DNA from: a virus
Lineage: Duplodnaviria > Caudoviricetes
Virus record (IMG/VR): IMGVR_UViG_3300010163_000002
Location: 184,906-248,905 of that record
Reading direction: 5' to 3' (one strand)
DNA: 64,000 nucleotides
Shown here: positions 18,475-29,900 of the stretch, in pieces
Position numbering within the stretch: the first letter of the stretch is position 1
How the letters are laid out: the number at the start of each line of letters is the position of its first letter
The notes under the pieces: generated by a model
Seen by the model: only the letters and a program-made list of their open reading frames with translations
Told to the model about the DNA's origin: nothing
The model's database searches: none
Translations under genes and position numbers: made by a program

Positions 18475-19383
18475 GTGAAATTTGAACTGGATAAATCAAT
18501 CAAAAGATTATGCTTTTTAGATGCAGAATACAATACATCTGAATATAAAGGACAATTTCCTAACGAATTAATTTCTATTGGTCTTGTTGTTTATGATATA
18601 GATAAGAAGGCCGAAATTGATTCTTATTATTCAACCGTGCGTCCAAAACATAGATTATCTAAATATGTAATAGGACTTACAGGGTTAACAGATGATGAAT
18701 TAGCATGGGCTCCAGATTATTGGAAAATTATAAAAGAAATAATGGAATTTATGAATAAATATGAAGTCAATAAACCGGAGCAAATTATTACTTGGGGAGA
18801 CGATGCTAAAAAGCTCAAAAAGGATTTATATACAAGAAAATACGCAAGCAGAACAATACCTAAAAAGATGTTGCATAGGTTGAAGAATTTCTTATTGGAA
18901 ATGACAGAAAATATAATAAGTGTTGATTCAACTATTTCATACCAGATATGCGATAACATAATATCATTGGATAATATGAGGTGGTTATGTAATTTAGATA
19001 AATTACTGCACCATAATGCATTAAAAGATGCAGAAGATTTAATGCATATTTTTATCAGCGTATTAAATGATGAAATACCGGCAGATCGTATTGAAATACT
19101 AAAGCGGTATTATATTTATAGAATATTGTACAATAGCACAAGAAGATTCCGTGGGGATATAAGTAATCTTAGGGACGCGTTTAATAAGGAAAATAATCAT
19201 GATATTATATCAGACAAAATAATGAGTTTATTATGCTATTTAGACTATACCAAAATTCCAGAACTTATGGCTCTTCGTGATGATATGATAAGTTTATTAC
19301 ATCCAGGCGCTCCTGACGTATTAACATTAGAAGAATTTGCAAATACTATAAGTAAAAAGGAGAAGATGAATGAAAAAGCTTGA
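18475..19383 (+). CDS. DEDDh 3'-5' exonuclease (DnaQ/KapD/ERI-1-like)
   Basis: ExoI 'FLDAEY', 'LTGLT', 'WGDD', ExoIII 'HNALKDA'. Confidence 0.85.
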   Translation: MKFELDKSIKRLCFLDAEYNTSEYKGQFPNELISIGLVVYDIDKKAEIDSYYSTVRPKHRLSKYVIGLTGLTDDELAWAPDYWKIIKEIMEFMNKYEVNKPEQIITWGDDAKKLKKDLYTRKYASRTIPKKMLHRLKNFLLEMTENIISVDSTISYQICDNIISLDNMRWLCNLDKLLHHNALKDAEDLMHIFISVLNDEIPADRIEILKRYYIYRILYNSTRRFRGDISNLRDAFNKENNHDIISDKIMSLLCYLDYTKIPELMALRDDMISLLHPGAPDVLTLEEFANTISKKEKMNEKA

Positions 19384-19936
19384 TATAAACAATGAAGATT
19401 GTTTAGTAGAATATACTACAAGTAATCCTAAATTAGTAGTGGTTACAATAGATTTTGAAAAATCTAACGATAAAGAAAAACTTAAAAATCTGTTAGAGAT
19501 GCTTAAATCATTCTGTGATAATGTGGTTATTATGCCTAAAGAAGTTAGACCTGAAATTGTGCATGATAAAGATGAAGCCATAGAAGCATTAGACGCAGCT
19601 ATAGGCGAATTAAATAAAATGAAACTCAAGTTAAATCCAAAAGCTGTCATCACAGATTTTAATAAATATTCAGAACAATGGCAAGAATTTAGAGATACCG
19701 GTTTATTGTGGTGGGTAAACATGATTTTACATACGTTCGGGTATGCTATATGCGCCATACCGGATGATGATGGTAAAGCAGTTTACGCTTTTCCGGAAAA
19801 AGTAGATTTCAGAGGATTTTCTGTAGATAGCAATTCCAAAGGATATGCTAAAGTAACTAAATATTTAGCCAATAATATGATTGATTTGCTTAAAGCTGTA
19901 GAAACAGAGGAGGATAATAATGATGGAACAGAATGA
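19370..19936 (+). CDS. Conserved phage hypothetical protein
   Basis: C-terminal 'WQEFRDTGLLWWVNMILHTFGYAI...FRGFS' block; AAGGAG RBS. Confidence 0.6.
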   Translation: MKKLDINNEDCLVEYTTSNPKLVVVTIDFEKSNDKEKLKNLLEMLKSFCDNVVIMPKEVRPEIVHDKDEAIEALDAAIGELNKMKLKLNPKAVITDFNKYSEQWQEFRDTGLLWWVNMILHTFGYAICAIPDDDGKAVYAFPEKVDFRGFSVDSNSKGYAKVTKYLANNMIDLLKAVETEEDNNDGTE

Positions 19937-20216
19937 AAACAAAAATGCAGTGAGCGTATCTATTTATAAAATAACAGGTTGTAAAGTAAAGAGTGATTAC
20001 ATATTTGATGGTTATGTTTTAAGAGTTAATGATGAAGATATAACCAAATCAATTCGCCGTAAACTTGACATGGGCGCATTATTATGCGAAATAACAAATG
20101 AAGGTTTCGAGTATAATATAGCATCGCTTTTCAGTGTACCAATTACAGAGCTTTCTATTGGTGAACTCTTGGTAATTTTCGGCAATGATCAACTTATTAA
20201 TTTAGCTCAGTTGTAA
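19920..20216 (+). CDS. Hypothetical protein
   Basis: GAGGAGG RBS, overlaps the upstream stop. Confidence 0.55.
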   Translation: MMEQNENKNAVSVSIYKITGCKVKSDYIFDGYVLRVNDEDITKSIRRKLDMGALLCEITNEGFEYNIASLFSVPITELSIGELLVIFGNDQLINLAQL

Positions 20217-20291
20217 ATTATAGCTAGAGATACATACTGGTAAATACCAAATACCAGTATTTATTAAAATCATTTTAAGGAGGATGCACAA

Positions 20292-20831
20292 ATGGCAAAC
20301 AGTGTAACAGAACTTGTACAGGAGATTAATGAAGCTAGAAAGAAGAAGACTTCTGCATCTAGCAAAGATGAAGTAAGAGTTATGAGAGCTATGGTTAATG
20401 ATCCGGAATTCGTTATTGATGTATACGGCGGCGATGGGGTAATTGGTCAGTTCTCCCCATGTGAGACAGCTCACAATATGGCGGCAAATATTATTAAAGG
20501 AGCGGCAAAAGTATCATCTAAGGAAGCAGAAGAGCTTGCAGCGAATTATGAATTCACAAAACAGGATGCGGAAGCACTTGTTTCTATCTCTAAAGAATTC
20601 ATTAATACGTATATCGAGACCGGTAGAAAGCTTCCGCTAGGCGGCAGAGAAACGTCAAACATTGCCATTGCCAAAAAGGTTAAAGAAGAAAGAAGTAATA
20701 GCTTTCCTAAGAAGGTTGGCGTTAACAGCGATGGATCTGATAAATACGAGTCTGTTAAAGATGGGGTTATTCCGTCTCATGGCAGTCTTAAGGTTTATTC
20801 ATCTTGCCCGTCTTGGGTAAAGAACAATTAA
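20292..20831 (+). CDS. Putative HU/IHF-like DNA-binding protein
   Basis: 'INTYIETGRKLPLGG...KKVKEER...IPSHGSLKV' resembles the HU helix/beta-arm layout; AAGGAGG RBS; late motif at 20231-20243. Confidence 0.5.
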   Translation: MANSVTELVQEINEARKKKTSASSKDEVRVMRAMVNDPEFVIDVYGGDGVIGQFSPCETAHNMAANIIKGAAKVSSKEAEELAANYEFTKQDAEALVSISKEFINTYIETGRKLPLGGRETSNIAIAKKVKEERSNSFPKKVGVNSDGSDKYESVKDGVIPSHGSLKVYSSCPSWVKNN

Positions 20832-20833
20832 GT

Positions 20834-20920
20834 AAAGATCTTGTTCATAAATTTCTCCTTTCATTAAAAAATGGGTGTGGGTGGTGATTAAGTTCACCAC
20901 CCATGCTTATTTGTTTTTTT
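20834..20920 (+). ncRNA. Candidate late antisense small RNA (anti-SD plus anti-AUG seed, terminator)
   Basis: AACA-ATTAAG-TAA at 20823-20835; GTTCATAAATTTCTCCTTTC tract; 17-bp hairpin at 20871-20910 followed by a U-tract. Confidence 0.5.
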
Positions 20921-20966
20921 ATCCATTTAACGTAGAATAGAACCTCACGTATATTTAAGCTCCTAA

Positions 20967-20979
20967 AACATAGTAGTAA
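20967..20979 (+). promoter_or_regulatory. Representative late promoter motif DACAW-N5-TAA (18 sites in window)
   Basis: Plus: 7394, 8502, 9862, 17576, 20231, 20823, 20967, 33653, 35541, 43247, 45796, 48261, 56752. Minus: 17520, 37630, 42707, 51977, 62320. Confidence 0.8.
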
Positions 20980-20999
20980 CTATAAAAATAGAAGGGAGG

Positions 21000-23900
21000 A
21001 TGAAGATAAAAATGAAACGTGTAAATAATTACATGAAAAATGTAATGAAATCTGTTACTTACGCTGCTGCCGATATTGCGTCGGATTATACACCTGGAAT
21101 GCAAGAACTGAAATCGTCCAATCAGGAATTTATTAAGAGCACATACGCTGCATTAAAAAATCCTAAAGCGGCTATTAAAAGATCAGTTGAAGCTATTCAG
21201 GAATCTAAAACATTTAAAGCTTTAGATTACGGTGCAAAGAACCTAGTTGAAGATCTTCGTACTGGTAATTTTTATAATAAAGAGCGTAAAGATCGTGATG
21301 AGTTAAGACTCTCGGGATTAGATTTCGACATGGACGACCTTTCACAATTCGGTATAGATGATGATTGGGAGTCAAAAGTAAATAATTCTTCGTCATCTTC
21401 TGATTCTGGCATTACTGCAGGGGATATGAGAATAGTTAACTCTATCGAAGGATCAAATGCAGCATTAGCCAGTGCAACAGTAAACGCAGTAATTAGAACA
21501 TCAAATAGTCAAATTAGAGCCGGTAGAGCTAATATGGGTATGATATACGTACAAAATGAAAAACTGTTTGGCGGACTTCATAATGATATTAGCATTTTAA
21601 ATAATACAATGAATGAAATGTATAAGATGCAAGCCGCATCTTTACAAAATATCGACAAAAACATGTCTAATTTTTTTACGTCTGAAGCTAAGCTTAGCGC
21701 CGAAAGAAATGCAATACTAAAAGAAATGCTTGAGATGCAAAGAAATCAGTATAAATCTGCAATTGATAAGGAAAGAGAATCAAAACTTAAAAAGACTAAT
21801 AAAGTACGTTGGAGCGATGTTAATGTCAACGGTATGGTTGATTTTGATGCTTACTTTAAAAATGTACAGAAAAATATATCAAACCAACTCTCTTCCATGA
21901 TTGGAATGGAGGGGTTTGGAGAAGACGGCAATTTATTGGCCACATTTATGACATCCCCTCTTGAGGGCGCTGTAAAGGCCGTTGTTAACGGAGTTATACC
22001 TGCAACTGTAAAAGCTGCAGCTAAAGAATTCGATGGTACCTTATCTGGTATATTTGGTACATTAATGGGTAAAATGGCAAACGCTAAATCAAATGACGAT
22101 GGAGGATTGCTAGGAATACTCTCTAAATTCCTGGGAATTAATACTGGTGTTAATAAATCTATTGATACTAGTAGGTATGAAAAAGGGCCTGTGCCATTTG
22201 ATGGAATTACTCGTAAGGCAATTATAGAAGTTATTCCTACATATTTAAGACGTATTGAAGCTGCTATATCTGGCAGACCAGAGCAGTTATTTGATTATAA
22301 ATCAGGCAAATGGACCAAGGGAGCAGATCTTAAAAAGCAATACGACGAAATTCATAAGAATGCTATTAAGTCTGGTACTTCTGAAGTAAGAGAAATGCTC
22401 AATCCTTCAATGGCAGCAATGAAGAATGGAGCTAAAAGTAGATCTGAAGCAGAAGCAATGGAAAAGGCATGGGATGAATTTTATCAGTTCCTTATGGACA
22501 ATAACGGTATATTCAATCCTAAAGTATCAGCCTTTAAGAATGGAGTTTCTTCCAGCACTTATCCTAATTTCTATAAATACTATAATGCTATAAGAAAAGC
22601 TTATGCCGAACAAGATGTTGTTGAACAGCGTGACAACACAGGTAAAGTTATTCGTTCTCGTAATACTAAGAATAGAGTAAGAATGCAATTAGCAGGAAAT
22701 GTTCTTAGTGCCAAAGAGAGAGAAGAACAGCAGTACAGGGATATAGAATTAGATCCTACAAGCCCATTTTATGCTCTGTTCAGCGGAATTAAGTTTGATG
22801 AGCATGGGAAATGGAAAGGTGATAATAAGAATTTTAAAGCATTCAATCGTTTATCAAACGAGAAAGATGAGCTTGGTAATAATATATTCAATTATCTTCA
22901 AAATATTAATAAAGAACTTACATGGGTGAGATTAAATTTGCCTAACATGACATTCAGCGCAGGAAGAGGTAGAAGAAAAGCTACTGATTCTGTTACAGGC
23001 ACAAGAGTTTCTTTTGATAGCATTAATCTTATGAATGCTTCATTGAAAAATGCTAACGATGCTGAATATAGAAATAAAAATAATGATGATGAAAAAATTA
23101 GAAGAGCTGCTCTTGAAAAAATTAAATCAGGTAAAGCTGTTGATTTAAGTGTATTCTCTGAAGATGAACAGGAATACTTGTTAGCTCTTGCTGAGTTAAT
23201 GAGGAATAGCTCTGCAGAAGAATACAAATCAGAACTTGAAGGATATAATGCTGGTGGCATATCCAGTTGGATGAATAAGAATGTATATAAAGCTAATATA
23301 AGAACTAGAAAAGATTTAGAAGAAGCTATAAGGAAAGCAAATAAAGAAGGAAAAAATATTGACGATGAAAAGATGGATCAGAAAGAAGAAAAATTCTTCC
23401 AGAAGATTATGAAAAGAGTCAATGCAGGAGGAGATATAATCGGAGGTGTAGTTGGAGCTGCAGCCGATTCATTCACGAATGTTCTTTATGCTGCTGATAA
23501 AGCTGTCTATGAAATGTTTTATAAAACAGAAATCCAAGACGAAGAAGATAAAACCAAATATAAAGGTTTTATGGATATGATGGCTCATAAAATGTCCGAT
23601 ACATTCAAAGATATTAAAGAAAAATTCAAGAAAGATATATTAGATCCATTTAAGGAACGTTTTGGAATCACAGAAGAAAATAAAAAACGTTTTAAAGAAG
23701 GCGCTATTAATACTCTTGGTAGTATATGGGGGGTATTTAAAGATTCTAATAAATCTATATATGGCCCTTTATTGGATAAAATGCGGGAAGGAGAATTCGA
23801 TTACGAGGAATATGGACGCCAGCAGTCCGAAGCTGCAAGAGCATTAACCAAAGAAGAGCGTGACCGCAGAAAAAATGTACGAAGAGGACTACATGTTTCT

Positions 23901-26900
23901 GATATAGCTACTTCAAAAATAACGAATAAAGATTTTGCTAGGGCTATATCTAATGGCACAAAGGAATGGGGAGCTATCACAACGAACTCTGTTGAAGCTA
24001 ATGATTCAAGACGAGTGAGAAACTTAGTTATTAGACGTGGCGGAGATGAACTTGAAGAATGGTGTAGAGCCAATGGTTTTACAGGAAGTCTTGATGAAAA
24101 GAAAGTACGACTTGGCAACGAATTTGGTTTACCTGCAACTGCATTAGCAAAAATTAAGACTGACGAGGATGCGAATTTAGTATTTGCTAAGCAGTATAGG
24201 CATAACGCTAAAGGTACATCTGGAAAACCATTTATGGGAATATCTGCACTTACTAAAGGCGAAGGCCTTCTTAGTAATCGTGGGTTTGGTGTGGTTCCTA
24301 AAACTGGTGTTTATAATGTAACAACTCCTACTCATATTATTAATACTGAAGATATGCATACATTATCCGGCGGTAAGGGCACTAGAGTATCTGTACAGCA
24401 GGCTCTTGGAAAAGAAAAGTTGGCTGCAAAGGCTGCTGGGTATAAGATTGCATCTCATGCTGGTGGTACTGGTATGAAAATCACTAATGATGGCGTTGAT
24501 ATAGATACCAATGCTATTATGAGCGAAGCTAAAAGATTTATACCTGAAGCTGCAGGTGGCGGCTTAGTTGGCGGTATTTTATCACTGGTATTAGGCTTAG
24601 CAGGAGGACCAATTCTTGGTGCTGCTGTAGGCGCAGCAGGCACTATCGTATCTAAATCTGATACATTGAAAGACATGTTATTCGGTAAAGCCGGAGAAGA
24701 TGGTAAAAGAGACGGCACTGGTATTGTTTCTAAAACTATCATGGATACAGTTAATAAATATGCTCCCGATGCTCTTAAATATGGTATGGCTGGAGTTATT
24801 CCTGGATTACTTACACCTCTTGGCCCTGTAGGAGGACTTCTCGTTGGTGGAGCAATTGGAGTATTAAAGAATAATGAAAAATTCACTAATAAATACTTTG
24901 GCGAAGAAGGAAAACTTACCATTGGTTCTAAGGAAAAGAAAATACTTGAGAAGATGTTTCCGGCTGCTGCTAAGGGAGCTGCGATTGGCACTATAGCAGG
25001 ATTCCTTTTACCAACACCGTTTGGATTCCTTGGTAACGCTATGTTTGGTAGCGCTATTGGGATGATGACTGCTACTGATGAATTTAAAGATCTTATACTT
25101 GGTAAAGAGATTAATGGTGAAAGATTTGGTGGTGTTCTTGGAGCGATTAAGGACGCACTAAATCCATTTACAAATTCATTAAAAAATGTTGGAGAAAAAT
25201 TATCTGACGCGTTTGAAGCAAATGTAATTAGCCCGTTGCAAAAATTCATTAAACCTGCAATACACGCCCTGCCAATAGCACTTGGAGCAGTACCAAGATT
25301 TCTTGGAAAGCAACTTGACAAACATACTCAGGGTATAAGACGTACTGTAGGTGGTAAAGTTAAAGACGTACTCGGAAGACCTGCTAAAATTGTTGCTGGT
25401 GGAATGGAAGCTGTAGCCGGTGGGGTAGGAAAAGTATTATCCGTACCTGGCAAAATTATAGGCGGGGCTGGTGATAAGTTAAGAGAATACGATATTAGAA
25501 ATGGCGATTTTGTAGATATGAATCAGGTTCAGGCTGTTGCTTGGATGGATTCTCACAAGAGAGGCGATAAAGTAAGTTCTACCCTTAGAGCATCATCAAA
25601 AGTTGGTTCCGGCGCAGATGACTCAATGACTGTTGAAGATGCTGAGGCAATGGCTAAATATCTTGATAGAATGAATGATTCAGAATCTACCGCACGTAAA
25701 AATCTGGATGCGAAAAATAAAGCATTAAATAATTTACTTGATAATTATACAACCAAAGATGGTACAAAACTTTCAAAGAAGCAGATTAATGGAATATTAG
25801 ATGCTGCTGACAGGAAAGAATTTGGAGACATATCTAGGATATTACAATCAGATGGAACGCTAACTAAAAGCGAATTTAACAAATTCATGGATGAAGGCGG
25901 CTTAAAGAAAGCCGTTATGGATGCTCATGATGCTAAATCTAGGCTTAAAAATATAACAGATATTGGAAGTACAGACGAAGCTGCAAAAGGCTTAAATGAA
26001 ATGCTAGAAAAATTTAATATTACTGATGACTTTGATTGGACTAATAAGAAAGAAAGAGCTAAGTTTTCAGCTCTTCTTAAAGATAGATTAGTTGAGCTTC
26101 AAGCTAATCCTGATGAAATTAAGGAAAAGCGAGAAGAAGAAGTAATGGAAGAAAATAATAAAAATATTATAACAATTACAGACAAAGTTTCTGCTATTGC
26201 TAAATTCTTTGAAGATATGACTAATATGAATAATGAAGCTACCAAAGATATTAATGAACAAACTCAAGCTAGCCTTGAAGCTGGGCAAAGGTTTATAAAT
26301 GGAAAGTACGATAAAAATATTGAAAGCGCTAAAAAAGATATGGGCAAAGATGAAGCTTCTAAACTTACTCCGGAAGGAGAAGATAGATTATCTTCTGAAA
26401 AAACATCTAACCGTGCATATAAATATACTGCTGATATCGTTAATAATGCTACTGGCGGTATGGGCAATTTCAATAAGGCTCAAGGGTTATTCAGAAAAGG
26501 AGCTACAGGAATACTTGGCGATCTAAGCAAAGCGTTTACTCCAGAAGGAGTTAAATATGTATCTAACTTATCCAAAACTAAACTTAAAACGTTTAATACT
26601 TGGGTAAATAAGAAATTTATCAAGAAAACTATTCTTAATGGTAAATTTAAAATAACTGATAAAACTGTTGAATTTATGACTAAAACTGTTAATAATAAAC
26701 AGCTATATGATAATTGTAGATTCCTTAGCCAGATTTATAATAAACCTACAGGTAAAGGCATTTATAGTAGATTCGAATCTCTTGAGGCTATAGGAATGCT
26801 TGATGACATAGCATTACAAGAATTGAGAGAGGAATTTGGGGTTAATGACTCTGATGCCACATCGTCATTTACAACAAATGCCGCTGGAGTAGCTGGTAGA

Positions 26901-29900
26901 ACTGCTAAGGGCGTTGCATGGGGAACCGGAGCTGTTGTAGGCGGTCTTGCAGGTGCGGGAAAAGAAATTGTATCAGGTACTGCGAAGACTGCTGGTAAAG
27001 GAGCAAGGTATGTTAGAGGAGCACGTTCTGATGAATGGTATTCTAAACATGCCCCTGCAGAAGAAGCTCAGCCTGAAGCAGAACAGAACGGCCTTGGTAC
27101 TTTACTTCTTAGCGGCGCAGGAAAACTAGCAAGTGGAACTCTCGGAAGCGTCGGTAACCTTGCTATGAACGGTATTGGAGCTGTTGGTAAGTTGGCCGGA
27201 GGACTACTAGGTGGTGTAGGAAAACTTGCTGGTGGTTTACTTGGATCTATATTCGGAAAGAATAAAAAAGATTCTGGAGACGAAAATTCATCTAAAGCAT
27301 TAGGAGCTATGGCAGGTTTACTTGGATTAAATAGCGCTAGTGCATCCTCACCAGTGTTGTCTAGCGGTGAAGGATTTGAAGAAACTGATAAAAAAGGTGA
27401 TGGTAAAGACGTAGTAAGTCTTGGCGATGGTATGTTTGGCCAGGTTAGACGAGATTCATCTGGCAATGTTGAGTTGGATGGATCAGATTCTGCTACTAAA
27501 AATGCCATGAACAAGATAGCACTAAAAGAAAAAGCTCAAGAAAAATTAAGAGATGCTCAATTAAAAGCATGCGAAATCATCAAGAGTAATTTTGATACAT
27601 CAGCTATCAAAGAATCTAAAGGTGGTAAAATAGGTTGGCTTGGATTGCTTCTTATGGGAGGATTACTTGCTAAAACTGGTGTGCTTAAGAAAATATATGA
27701 AGGAGTTATAGAACCTATATGGACTAATGGTATCAAACCTTGGGCCGAAAAAATATGGACTGAAAAACTCAAACCATTTTTAACAGAAGATGTGCCAAAC
27801 TGGATTATGAATACTGCTATTCCATGGCTTGGTAAAACTTTTGGTGGCATATTAAATACTGCAATACAAGGTTTACCTGCTATTTTAAGTGGCGGAGGGT
27901 CTGTAATTGGTGGTATTCTTGATTATGTAGTTGGAAATAAAAATAATGCTGGAGCAAGTACAAGCGGATCTATATCAAAAGATGCATATGATGGATCTTT
28001 GGTAGATGAAAATGGTAAAACTCTTAGTTATGACGATATAATTAATAAAAATTATAATACCGCTTATAATGAGCAAGGAGCTGAAGTGCAAATTGACGAG
28101 GACGGTAATTTTACTGTACAGGATGAATCTGTTAAGGGCAGTAATTATTTATCAGCACTTGGCAAGGGTGCAAGTAGAGCTTTTAACCTCGGAATGATGA
28201 GCGGCAAACAAAGTAAAATTATACAAGCCGCATCAAAAGTAACCGGATGGCTTGGTAAACATGGAACAACGCTTACGAAATTTGGTGGTAAAATAGGGAA
28301 TTTCTTCACCAAACCTCTTGAATTTGCTAATAAAAAAGGAGTTAATTTTAGTGAAAGATGGGGGAATTTTACAGATAGTATAATAGATAAGGCATTAGGA
28401 AAAAATACAGCAGAAGAAACAGCATTAGCTGTAATTGATAATGTCAGCGAACAGGCAGCAGATTCTGCTATAGGAAAAGCATTAAAAAATGGTGCTGAAG
28501 ATATAGCTCAGGAAGCTGTAGAAACAGCAACAAAGAAAGGTGTATTAGGCACTATCGGAGATTTCTTTAAGGGAGTCGGGTCAAAAATACAGCACGGCGC
28601 CGGTAAAGCACTCAATGCTCTGGTTGATGCTGTTAAAAAAGTAATTGATAAATTCTGCAATAGCTGGATAGTCAAAGATGCTTTAAGTAAAGTTGCTAAA
28701 ACTCTCAAAATCGACGACGTTACAGGTTATATTGCAAAATTCAGATCTAAAGCTAATGAAGTATTTGAAACTGCAGTAAAAAAAGCATGTGATAAACTAG
28801 GCGAAAATGCAGTAAAACAATTGGCAAAAACTGTTTTGGCTGCTGTAACTGCAGGTATTGATTTTACTGTAGCATTAGACCAGGCAGAATCAATTCTTGA
28901 AGTAAGAGAGACATCTTTTATGGAAGAATTAATTGCAGGTTTGATTAATACAGTTATAGGATTAATACCAGTGATAAACATGTTTTCAGATTGGATTATA
29001 AAACAATTATTCTCATTTTTCGGTGAAGACTATGATGTAAGACATGCTGAAGCCGAAGCATATGCGGAACAGTATAATGCAGAACATCAAACTACGTATT
29101 CTACAGCAGAAATTTTAAAATATCAGAATTCTGTTACTGGTAAAGTAGAAAAAGCTGTTGGAGACTTTGTTAAACCTATTGGAGATGCTGCAGTAGGAGC
29201 CGGTAAAGCAATATACAATGGTGGTAAAGCTGCTGTGGGGTGGATAGGTGATAGAGGAAAAGATATTGCCAACTTCTTTGGATGGGGCGGAGATGATGAA
29301 GTAGAGTCTAATGCCGAAGGTACAATGACCAAAGGATGGTTGAATACAACTACTATTTCTAAAAATCCAATACATAATTTATTTAATAAAGGATTAAAGG
29401 GATTGGCTAATATTATGGGAGATCCTATTAAAATCCTTGCAAACGCAAATGAATTTAAAACTTTAGATTCTATTATGGCTAAAGCTAAAGAAGGCAAGAT
29501 TTCAGTATTCTCTAAAGAATTCTGGAAAAATGATGACATCAAAGATAATTCCGTTGCAGGAATACTTAGAAATGTATTAAGTAAATTTACTAGATTTATG
29601 AGCGCTCCTATGCTTATGGTTAAGAGTTCTCTTGAATCATTGTATGATGATATTAATGTAGTTGGAAATGCTATGATTGGCAAAACTAATGCTGCTACAT
29701 CATCAAAATCAATTACATCTTCTAGCAAAGCTGTAACAACTTCACCATTAAAGAAATCTACTGGATTCTTATCTAAAGTTAAAACAACGTTTGGTAGCGC
29801 TGTTAGCAAGATCAAATCATTCTTTGGATTTGGTTCTGGTCCTGATTATCAGTATGGTACAGGAATGTATTCTAAACAGATTGATCCTGATGTTGCTGGT

